Part shown: piece by piece, positions 24,029 through 33,590 of the stretch
How the letters are laid out: every line of letters begins with the position of its first letter
Numbering within the stretch: the stretch's first letter is position 1
Source: Macrostomum lignano
Lineage: Eukaryota
Direction of reading: 5' to 3'
Length of the DNA stretch: 38,088 bases
Assembly (NCBI GenBank): GCA_002269645.1
Contig: NIVC01004687.1
Location: 1-38,088 of the forward strand
Notes under the pieces: model-generated
Told to the model about the DNA's origin: nothing
What the model saw: only the letters and a program-made list of their open reading frames with translations
Database searches by the model: none
Made by a program: the position numbers and the translations under genes

Positions 24029-24290
24029 TATAATAAAAATAATAATATTTGATTGCACCTGCCCCAATTTGGCCAGATGTGCAACCGACGCATCTGAAGG
24101 CTGCGTACGGCTGTTCAGTCCAAGGACTGGGGGTTGAAACACACACCCTCAATTACCCCAGCTAATGCTGGCACCCATGCAGAGTTTTAAAGTGTTTTTC
24201 TCAATGACACAAATTGTTCCAGTGGAATCGGGAATCGAACCCCCGACCTTCAAGTCGTGAGTCCAACTCTCTAGCCACTAGGCTACACAG
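24029..24290 (-). mobile_element. tRNA-derived SINE (~260 bp)
   Basis: A box TAGCCTAGTGG (24285-24275) and B box GGTTCGATTCC (24241-24231). The central TTGTGTCATTGAGAAAAACACTTTA resembles the conserved domain of V-/Meta-type SINEs. (TAT)n-like tail at 24047-24029. The cloverleaf is too degenerate for a functional tRNA. Confidence 0.75.
24032..24037 (+). terminator. Candidate polyadenylation signal AATAAA for ARMT1 (inside the antisense SINE tail)
   Basis: First AATAAA after the ARMT1 stop, ~120 nt downstream. Confidence 0.45.
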
Positions 24291-25068
24291 TTAATGAGAA
24301 ATTAGTCAGTATAAATATTTTTCGTGATTTCTCATTACCAGTAACTGGTTGAATTTTGTAAAGTTTGAAGACAGTGCCTGTATTGGTTCAAAAGTTATAA
24401 CATCCATCCCGTATTCCATCCTATTTAGAAATATAAAAAGCTATCTTTACTACTCATGAAATTAGACGAACGCATTTTTTGCAAGTGATGTAGTAAGCTA
24501 TTTTAGAGGATTATGAAGTGTTTGTTTGTAATTGCACATAGAATATTTCAAACGGCAGATTTCATGTCAGCACGAAATGTCATGTGCAGTTAGCAATGTT
24601 GCAGGCGTTTGAATCTATGGCGGAAAAATAGTGGCTTTGCTAGTACCATATCTGATGGCATCCTTCGGGATAATTATTGGCATTGGTAATCAGGAAATCT
24701 ATAGGAAACTTTAGACTAGAAAGTTATCACTCTTTTTCAACTATATATTGTCATTTTCTTTCGTTCATGTTGATGTGTTATTAGTCTTGCTTACAAACCG
24801 TTTTGAGCTTCCTATCTGCCTCTACTAGTGAATTGCGGCCATTCAGTCAATGCTAAAATGTGATTTAACTGATTTCGTGTTTTTGCACACTGAAAAAGTA
24901 AATGTTACTAATACAATGTACGTCTTGTGTTTCTATTTACTATCACTTTCATTATTTCATTCGTGATTACAACTAAGTGAATTCAGGGTTATTGTGCGAT
25001 TCACGCCCATGAGGGCCAGCCCCCGAGGCACAGAGTGTACATGCCTGACGATTAGACAGTCAGTCAGT

Positions 25069-25204
25069 GCCGCTGTACACCCTGTGTGTGCCTGTGTACA
25101 GTATTGGGGCACTTGTATGTGCTCAGGACTCAGCGGAATGTGCGGATTTGCCTCAGTGCTGCTTTATGGCGAGTCGATGTCGCTATTATTATTAATTATT
25201 ATTA
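25069..25204 (+). repeat. Copy C of dispersed repeat family X with (TAT)n tail
   Basis: GCCGCTGTACAC...GTGTACAGTATTGG...GCTCAGGACTCAGCGGAATG...TTGCCTCAG...GATGTCGC followed by TATTATTATT. Confidence 0.65.
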
Positions 25205-25302
25205 AATCAATGTCTAACGATTTCAGCCAAACAAAGACTCAAAAGAACCAAGAGCCGTCTATTAGATTAAATAAAACTCGATCATAAATTAAATTATTAG
25301 CG

Positions 25303-25903
25303 ATGCCGCCAAAAGCAGCAAAAAGTAAAACAACCAAGACTGCTGCTGCTACTGCTTCGGCAAAGAAGACCCAGAAACAGCAAAAGGTGTCTGCTGAAGT
25401 GGAAGCCGACGACTCGCTACCGAGCAAATCGACTCCAGGTAAGAAGCGCCGGCGCACCCTGCCAATCAGACCGGCCCGGCAAGGCGGCCACTGCGTACTG
25501 ATTTCGCACCTGCCGACGGCCTGCGCGAGCCGCAGCTTCGCCGATTTCTCAGCCAATTCGGCCGGGTTCACCGTGTCGAGTGCCCCGCTCGAAGTCCGGA
25601 GCCGGCAACGCCAAAGGCATCGCTTTTGTTGAAATGGCCGAACCGGCAGCTGCCAAGACGGTGGCCGAAACGCTGGATAATTACCTAATGTTCACCCGGC
25701 TGCTCAGGTGCAAGGTGGTGCCGGATCCAAAACGATTGACGTTCGCGTCGGACGGCCGGCTGAAGAAGCAGCCCAAGGCTAAGGAGCAGCCGACTGCCGT
25801 TTCTACAAAAGACTCCGCGGCGGCTGCGCGCGGTCGTTCGCGCCGATTGCGCGCTAAATTGCAAAGATTGAAGCAGTTGGATCCGGAGTTCGAGTTTGCT
25901 TAA
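25303..25903 (+). CDS. NIFK: NIFK/Nop15-like nucleolar RRM protein (~200 aa), with two apparent 1-nt deletions
   Basis: Lys-rich N-terminus and RNP2-like VLISHLP. Correcting shifts at ~25515 and ~25577 gives [41 protein letters not shown]...VAETLDNYLMFTRLLRCKVV, matching NIFK/Nop15 (FSQFG.V...R.SR..TGNSKGYAFVEF....A..VAETMNNYL). AATAAA at 25962. Confidence 0.82.
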
Positions 25904-26173
25904 GCCTGGTTTCCAAGGCCCAGTTGATCGCCTTGCTTTTGTGACGCCTAGTTGACGTTAAAATAAAATATATGGACGCGCATCGCATATTATTGCATTT
26001 TTTAATCTGCGAAATACTTCGTTCTTCAGTAATTTCATTAAATCAGTAACAAGGCATTTCTTGGAAGCTAGCTTCAGCATAATCGTATTATTTTTATGCA
26101 TATTGGCTACCTTACCATGTTGTCTGTACCAGCACCGTGCTAGAGCGTTTAGTTGTAATATTTAATCAATGCT

Positions 26174-27088
26174 CCAGATCCTCTTAGTTCTATCCTAGCT
26201 ATACCCTCCCAGATCCTCTTAGTTCTATCCAGCTATACCCTCCCAGATCCTCTTAGTTCTATCCTAGCTATACCCTCCCAGATCCTCTTAGTTCTATCCT
26301 AGCTATACCCTCCCAGATCCTCTTAGTTCTATCCTAGCTATACCCTCCTAGATCCTCTTAGTTCTATCCCAGCTATACCCTCCCAGATCCTCTTAGTTCT
26401 ATCCTAGCTATACCCTCCCAGATCCTCTTAGTTCTATCCTAGCTATACCCTCCCAGATCCTCTAGTTTTATCCTAGCTATACCCTCCCAGATCCTCTTAG
26501 TTCTATCCTAGCTATACCCTCCCAGATCCTCTAGTTCTATCCTAGCTATACCCTCCCAGATCCTCTAGTTCTATCCTAGCTATACCCTCCCAGATCCTCT
26601 TAGTTCTATCCTAGCTATACCCTCCCAGATCCTCTTAGTTCTATCCTAGCTATACCCTCCCAGATCCTCTAGTTCTATCCTAGCTATACCCTCCCAGATC
26701 CTCTAGTTCTATCCTAGCTATACCCTCCCAGATCCTCTAGTTCTATCCTAGCTATACCCTCCCAGATCCTCTAGTTCTATCCTAGCTATACCCTCCCAGA
26801 TCCTCTAGTTCTATCCTAGCTATACCCTCCCAGATCCTCTAGTTCTATCCTAGCTATACCCTCCCAGATCCTCTTAGTTCTATCCAGCTATACCCTCCCA
26901 GATCCTCTTAGTTCTATCCTAGCTATACCCTCCCAGATCCTCTAGTTCTATCCCAGCTATACCCTCCCAGATCCTCTTAGTTCTATGCCAGTGATACCCT
27001 CCCAGATCCTCTAGTTCTATGCCAGTGATACCCTCCCAGATCCTCTAGTTCTATGCCAGTGATACCCTCCCAGAACCTCTAGTTTTAT
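26174..27088. repeat. 34/35-bp minisatellite (CCAGATCCTC(T)TAGTTCTATCCTAGCTATACCCTC), ~26 copies
   Basis: Direct tandem units. The last three change to ...CTATGCCAGTGATACCCTC. Confidence 0.97.
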
Positions 27089-27213
27089 TCGAGCAAACCT
27101 CCAAGCCATATTCTGATACAACTTCTCGTAAACGAATGACTTGTGTTCCTCACTTTTTCAAATAAAACTATTGATAATCTTGAAAAATACTGCATGCAAC
27201 AGCATCGGCAGCC

Positions 27214-27456
27214 ATGAGCAAAGCCCAAAATCCCGAACTGAAAAAATACCTGGATAAGCGCGTCTCAATCCAGCTCAACGGCAAACGTCGTATTAGCGGC
27301 GTATTGCGCGGCTTCGACCCTTTCATGAATGTGGTGCTTGACGAAGCTGTCGAGATTCTGCGGCCTGACCAGCAACAGCAGCAGCAGCAGCGCATGGGCA
27401 TGATTGTGGTGCGCGGCAATTCCGTTGTCATCCTGGAATGCCTAGACAGGATCTGA
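27214..27456 (+). CDS. SNRPG: Small nuclear ribonucleoprotein G (SmG), intronless, 80 aa
   Basis: MSKAQNPELKKYLDK...LNG.R...G.LRGFDPFMN.V.DE (Sm1) and GMIVVRGNSVV.LE.L.RI (Sm2). AATAAA at 27558. Confidence 0.96.
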   Translation: MSKAQNPELKKYLDKRVSIQLNGKRRISGVLRGFDPFMNVVLDEAVEILRPDQQQQQQQRMGMIVVRGNSVVILECLDRI

Positions 27457-27617
27457 TCTGAAAAATAGCCTTATTGATCTGCTATTGATTGAATGAAATA
27501 ACAAAATTCAACAATTTTTCTATCTCAATTGTTCATAGCAAGTCCGTGCTAGTTTCGAATAAAAAAATGTTTTGATATTAACCAGCTTACAGTACCCTGT
27601 TAGTGCCGAGATGTTAA

Positions 27618-28351
27618 CACCCCTCTAGATCCTAGAGTTGGTAGCGTCACCACCCCTCAAGATCCTAGAGTTGGTAGCGTCACCACCCCTCAAGATCCTA
27701 GAGTTGGTAGCGTCACGACCCCTCAAGATCCTAGAGTTGGTAGCGTCACCACCCCTCTAGATCCTAGAGTTGGTAGCATCACCACCCCTCAAGATCCTAG
27801 AGTTGGTAGCGTCACCACCCCTCAAGATCCTAGAGTTGGTAGCGTCACCACCCCTCTAGATCCTAGAGTTGGTAGCATCACCACCCCTCAAGATCCTAGA
27901 GTTGGTAGCGTCACCACCCCTCTAGATCCTAGAGTTGGTAGCGTCACCACCCCTCTAGATCCTAGAGTTGGTAGCGTCACCACCCCTCAAGATCCTAGAG
28001 TTGGTAGCGTCACCACCCCTCAAGATCCTAGAGTTGGAAGCGTCACCACCCCTCTAGATCCTAGAGTTGGAAGCGTCACCACCCCTCAAGATCCTAGAGT
28101 TGGAAGCGTCACCACCCCTCAAGATCCTAGAGTTGGAAGCGTCACCACCCCTCAAGATCCTAGAGTTGGAAGCGTCACCACCCCTCAAGATCCTAGAGTT
28201 GGAAGCGTCACCACCCCTCAAGATCCTAGAGTTGGAAGCGTCACCACCCCTCAAGATCCTAGAGTTGGAAGCGTCACCACCCCTCAAGATCCTAGAGTTG
28301 GAAGCGTCACCACCCCTCAAGATCCTAGAGTTGGAAGCGTCACCACCCCTC
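27618..28351. repeat. 33-bp minisatellite (AGATCCTAGAGTTGG(T/A)AGCGTCACCACCCCTC(A/T)), 22 copies
   Basis: 12 units with GGTAGC followed by 10 with GGAAGC. Confidence 0.97.
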
Positions 28352-30065
28352 TCCCAGCTCTCTAAACTTAGTAGGCATCTTATTTCCCCGTAAGGCCTGT
28401 TTTCTATTTGCTAGCAGCCTGTTGTTTCTGTAACTAATCTACGAAAAAATGTTAAATATTTCTTGCAGTAAAGAACTATGCTCCGGTGGCTGACCTGTTA
28501 TTGGGAACTTAATTAATGTAATTTTGCTTGCATTTTCGCTAAATAATGTAACATTGTTTTGCGTAATTTTATGCTTTTTAGGTTCAATAAAGTAAGTGTT
28601 GGTGATTAATCACGGTTGAAATATGTCATTTGAAACCTGACACACTTGAGCGTATGAAAAGTTTTTTATGCTTATGTTCTTCTAGCTCGTATTTCTTGTT
28701 TCAACATTAGGACATAGGGCTCAGAAGCACAGATATAAAAGGTGATGATATTAACTCCTGTATCACTCTTGTCCGTGTACTACATGTAAATAACTTCATT
28801 CCGACAGTAGTCGAAATTATAGTAGAGTAGTTATTTTCATTCTGCTCTGGCGTCCGCTTGGGAATTGCTTTGAGCTCAGTCTAGTTATAGCCAGCAACGA
28901 AAGCAATATCTGGTCATCTCTTTGTGCCAACAGATCGCGCGGAATCCATCAGCTTGCTGATTGTGTGCCTGCCAGTGCAATCTTTGCATGGAAAATGGAA
29001 ATATATATTGCTCAAGCCAGTTATTCAGTCAGTTTCGGGTGAAGCCGAAGCTTCCACACGATGCAAAAAAATAGCGTGAACTCCTCCATCCATATCGCTA
29101 GCAGTTGTCTATTAGTGAGTTCCCTTCTGTCCCAAACTGCGTTGATTACTTTTCCCAGACTGAATCGCGTTTTTTCGTTGGTTGGAATTCCTGCGTGGTC
29201 GTGCGCCTGTTTTTTCTCTAAGATATTCGTAAGATTGCCCGGCTATTGCATTCATTTCTGCTTTGGTCTTTGCGAAAACCAAGTCAATCCCGATGATATT
29301 CCGATGGTTCTGCCCGGTTTCCAGAAAGTTTATACCGCATTCCATCGGCTTTTATTGAGAAGTGTTAATATTATGAATAAATAAGAAACCATTGTTGCTT
29401 ATGCCTTGACGAAGTCTGTCGCGCGATAGTCCTCGAATGTTGGCGTGGTTGGGATAAGTGCCGCTGCGGGGCGTGAAAATCCCACGCTACTTGCCGCCGC
29501 TAATACTCTCTTGTCAAGAGTGATTCTCGTTGCGTAGATCTCAGAGCTGTCGGCTGCAGCTTCTCTCTTTAGACCTTGCATCGTTGCTATCGCGGGATTC
29601 GATTCGTCAATTCCCAGTAAGACCTCACCTTCAAGGGCTCCTTTCTCACCGGTATGGCAATCTAATTAATAATCTGGCTGCGGAAGAGGCTGTAAGTGGT
29701 TCCGCTAGCGCCTACGGATCTGGCTAGCCGGAGCACTGCAGCAGTGCTAGCGATTCTCTTCGATGCTTTAAGCGCCGCTGCAGAGGAAAAAGTAATACCC
29801 TCTACACTTGCACTTGCTCGGAGATTAGAATTCGATTAATGGCCGCGCCAATAGCAGCAGCAGAGGACGTTTTTTCGCTTCAATCCGAATTTCAAATTCC
29901 AATATATCGAAGTTAATGGTTACAAGTTTTTTAAATCAATAAACGCTCGTATCAGAGCTGATTCGCTACTAATGGAGTGAACAATAGTGAAATATATATT
30001 TATGAATTTGTGCAGAAGAAGGGCTCGTTTCTCTTCTTCAACTAGGACATTGATGTTTAACTTGG

Positions 30066-30071
30066 TTTATT
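30066..30071 (-). terminator. Candidate polyadenylation signal for the neuropeptide precursor
   Basis: AATAAA on the minus strand ~150 nt after the stop codon. Confidence 0.45.
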
Positions 30072-30222
30072 TCTGTTTTCAACCTGCACGCAATGGTATA
30101 TATTTATCGAACGTTCATGTAAGCTGGTTTATGCAGCTTAACTAGTACACTGATTGAAGCAATATCAGTCTGGGATTTTTTCATTCTGGTTGTCTTTGAC
30201 ATGGCCGTCTTTGTCTGTTGGC

Positions 30223-30963
30223 TCACCTGCCCCATGGCATGCTTCCGTAGGCTCGCTTTCCCCATGGCATGCTTCCGTAGGCTCGCTTTCCCCATGGCAT
30301 GCTTCCGTAGGCTCGCTTTCCCCATGGCATGCTTCCGTAGGCTCGCTTGCCCCATGGCATGCTTCCGTAGGCTCGCTTTCCCCATGGCATGCTTCCGTAG
30401 GCTCGCTTTCCCCATGGCATGCTTCCGTAGGCTCGCTTTCCCCATGGCATGCTTCCGTAGGCTCGCTTGCCCCATGGCATGCTTCCGTAGGCTCGCTTGC
30501 CCCATGGCATGCTTCCGTAGGCTCGCTTGCCCCATGGCATGCTTCCGTAGGCTCGCTTTCCCCATGGCATGCTTCCGTAGGCTCGCTTTCCCCATGGCAT
30601 GCTTCCGTAGGCTCGCTTGCCCCATGGCATGCTTCCGTAGGCTCGCTTGCCCCATGGCATGCTTCCGTAGGCTCGCTTGCCCCATGGCATGCTTCCGTAG
30701 GCTCGCTTGCCCCATGGCATGCTTCCGTAGGCTCGCTTTCCCCATGGCATGCTTCCGTAGGCTCGCTTTCCCCATGGCATGCTTCCGTAGGCTCGCTTGC
30801 CCCATGGCATGCTTCCGTAGGCTCGCTTCTCAGCATCGAATTCTTGATCTTCCCCGCCTTCAGAAGCTGAGGCAGCCCCGGAAGCGCACGTGATGGCTAG
30901 AAATAGCAGCATAATGGCTAGGTGAGCTCGGCCCCACACTGCAGCTGTCGTCCATGGCTTCAT
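30223..30963 (-). CDS. Neuropeptide precursor encoding 20 x AYGSMPW-amide (W-amide type; family unassigned)
   Basis: Strong acceptor ttcactcctctattttcttag|G directly before the ATG. Hydrophobic signal-like segment (HLAIMLLFLAITCASG), then an acidic spacer ending in KR, then 19 x AYGSMPW-G-KR and a final AYGSMPW-G-R-stop. The only variation between units is a synonymous GGC/GGA. Confidence 0.88.
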   Translation of the reverse strand: MKPWTTAAVWGRAHLAIMLLFLAITCASGAASASEGGEDQEFDAEKRAYGSMPWGKRAYGSMPWGKRAYGSMPWGKRAYGSMPWGKRAYGSMPWGKRAYGSMPWGKRAYGSMPWGKRAYGSMPWGKRAYGSMPWGKRAYGSMPWGKRAYGSMPWGKRAYGSMPWGKRAYGSMPWGKRAYGSMPWGKRAYGSMPWGKRAYGSMPWGKRAYGSMPWGKRAYGSMPWGKRAYGSMPWGKRAYGSMPWGR

Positions 30964-31949
30964 CCTAAGAAAATAGAGGAGTGAAATATTAAAAGCAATG
31001 ATGAATTGACACCGCGTGCGTTTATCTTCGACAGGCCTGTGTAGTCAGTTAATCAGAGATGGACCACCATCAATCAGCTGGCATACGTTTGCATAGACAA
31101 GGCGTTTCACTATATGCGCCGGCGATTAATTTAAATAGTGACAGCGCGATAAATTTTGCGGATATTAAAATTTCCTTGCTAGGTGGTAGGTTCCTATGGT
31201 TCCTGAGTCGTAACGTACAAATTTTAGTTCGATTTCCGAAGTTTCCCGTGTGTTATCTAAACGAATGTGGCCTGTGCTTTATTGATCTTCCTAATCTTTA
31301 CTGTCTCACAGTCAAGGATGCTGCGATTGATCCTAAGAATAGCATCATTTGTCGGTGTGTTCGATCGTCTACAAAGCACCTTTTTAGCAGGTGTACCGTC
31401 TCTGGTTTGAGCATAGCCAGTTCTTGATTAGGTTCTCAAAAAGTTCTTGAATTTACTCATGCCAAGCTTCACTCACTTGATTCTCGCACTTACTTTGGAC
31501 AGCTTGACTCCAAGAGGGTACTCGTTCTCTCTCCTTCGGTGCCTGCCTGCGTGAAGATTTTTCAGTTCACTGAAACTTTCAGGACCGGCCTGTCTTCCGA
31601 TCGCTTTCTTACTTGCTGCGAGAAGCGAAACTGCGAAGCTCTCCCTACTGGAATTTTATTGACTGAGCCGCGATCCCTTGCGCTCATCCCGACATCTCCA
31701 TCGCAGGTGGCGCCCGCCACCCCATCTCGCCCCCACAGTTCCGATAAGCGCGTCTTCTCTGCCTGCCGTAGTTGATTGGGCGAATTGGGAGCGAATCAGT
31801 GCGCGGAATGCCAAAGCACTGTGTTTTGGGTCGCCTTAGTGGTAATTGGGAGAAAACTAAATTAAACAAAATTATTGGTCCCGGATCTGCTATACACTCC
31901 CGAAAACTGTAAACGAAGCAAGGGCTTGTAGCATGTCTAGATCGAGTGA

Positions 31950-32606
31950 GAGTAGCTTGTGTCGAGTAGGAGTAGCTTGTCTAGAGTAGGAGTAGCTTGT
32001 CTAGAGTAGGAGTAGCTTGTCTAGAGTAGGAGTAGCTTGTCTAGAGTTGGAGTAGCATGTCTAGAGTAGGAGTAGCTTGTCTAGAGTAAAAGTAGCTTGT
32101 CTGGAGTAGGAGTAGCTTGTCTAGAGTAGGATTAGCATGTCTAGAATAGTATTAGCTTGTCTGGAGTAGGAGTAGCTTGTCTAGAGTAGGAGTAGCATGT
32201 CTAGAGTAGGAGTAGCTTGTCTAGAGTAGGAGTAGCTTGTCTAGAGTAAAAGTAGCTTGTCTAGAGTAGGATTAGCATGTCTAGAGTAGGATTAGCATGT
32301 CTAGAATAGTATTAGCTTGTCTGGAGTAGGAGTAGCTTGTCTAGAGTAGGAGTAGCATGTCTAGAGTAAAAGTAGCTTGTCTAGAGTAGGATTAGCATGT
32401 TTAGAATAGTATTAGCTTGTCTAGAGTAGGAGTAGCATGTCTAGAGTAGGAGTAGCTTGTCTAGAGTAGGAGTAGCTTGTCTGGAGTTGGAGTAGCTTGT
32501 CTAGAGTAGGATTAGCATGTCTAGAATAGTATTAGCTTGTCTTGAGTAGGAGTAGCTTGTCTAGAGTTGGAGTAGCTTGTCTAGAGTAAAAGTAGCTTGT
32601 TTAGAG
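31950..32606. repeat. 20-bp minisatellite (AGAGTAGGAGTAGCTTGTCT), ~33 copies
   Basis: Direct tandem units with several recurring variants (AGTAAAAG, GATTAGCATG, AATAGTATT). Confidence 0.96.
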
Positions 32607-33491
32607 CTGAAAAGAACTCGAAAGTCGAGCAGAAGAACAAAATAAGGTCAGCAAAGTATAAATATCATCCATCACTTGAATCAATCACAGCATTGAATTT
32701 TCAAATTTTCACATAAACCTTAGAGCAACTGACATGGTGACCGCCTGATCCGAAGATTTGTATACGAGCGTAAATCTGGATTCCAGGGCTAATTGAGTCT
32801 CAGATTGATCACTTATCAGAGAATTATTTCGTTGTCAAATTAGATACGAGAATTGGTTTCTACGCTTGTACCGGCAAATTATGATTGTTTTTTAACTATA
32901 GGGCTTCTCCGGCACGCAGGCTGGATTTAAATCCACGTTGTTTCAGAAAAGAGATTTGGGAGCACGGGATCTGAAAGATTGCGAGAAAGGTAAATGAGAG
33001 GGAAGCCGTGAAAGAGCAGCAAATCTAGTTGATGAGTTTGAAGCCTTTAGAACTATATTTAGAAGCTTTTGTACAAAGAACCAATTAATTATGTCGTCTT
33101 CGGCTTATGACTGAGCAACGGTGAAGCCGCTTAACGCTATCACAAACTTAACTGAGCAATGTGTGCATGTAGATTTGTAGGTCGAGACTCAAGCCACTAT
33201 CATGACAGTCAGTGATTTGTTTACCTGAACGTTGTAAAGAGTGGCACTCTTCTTTATTAATGCCTGTCAGCTGCAACAAATAGCTCGTACTTGCGCTGGG
33301 GCACTGGGGGTAGCTCAGCGGTAGACGCATGTAATTCTCGTGCCAAATTACATTGGTTTGATTCCATGCGTGACTGCATATTAATTTGGGGCTTGTGCAT
33401 GAAAATTTGCCGGGAGTTGGTGGGAATTCTGGCTCATGAAGGCCAATCTCCAAGACACCGTGCGTATATTCCTGAAAATGAGTAAGTCAGG

Positions 33492-33590
33492 GCCGCTGTG
33501 TACCTTGTACACCCTGCGTGAACATGTGCCCCGTACATATCTGTGTTTGTGCGCTCAGATGTCAGGGCAATGGGCATGGCTGCTTGCCTC
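33492..33590 (+). repeat. Diverged copy E of dispersed repeat family X
   Basis: GCCGCTGTG..TGTACACCCTG.GTG...GCTCAGATGTCAG.GCAATGGGC...TTGCCTC. Confidence 0.45.

Noticed and set aside
24225-24290. tRNA gene candidate
   Set aside because: A and B boxes are present, but the anticodon and acceptor stems do not pair. It continues into a SINE body and tail.
25439-25469. 31-nt GT-AG candidate intron in NIFK
   Set aside because: Removal shifts the frame into a stop before the RRM, while the unspliced frame is open and homologous.
29706-29727. Plus-strand AYGSG* resembling the peptide AYGSM
   Set aside because: A 9-nt match on the opposite strand with no dibasic sites, compatible with chance.
30104-30893. 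Four other open frames across the neuropeptide repeat (MGKASLRKHA, SEPTEACHGA, WHASVGSLSP, MACFRRLAFP)
   Set aside because: These are by-products of a 30-nt unit. The variable site is non-synonymous in each of them, and they lack a signal peptide and processing sites.
26174-32606. CRISPR-like appearance of the 33-35-bp arrays
   Set aside because: Units are head-to-tail with no unique spacers, there are no cas genes, and the context is eukaryotic.
28600-33100. Possible decayed LINE fragments (about 29060-29390 minus, 31060-31870 plus, 32750-33050 plus)
   Set aside because: Only faint resemblance to RT C-terminal motifs. This cannot be supported without a profile search (RepeatMasker/HMMER against RT families).
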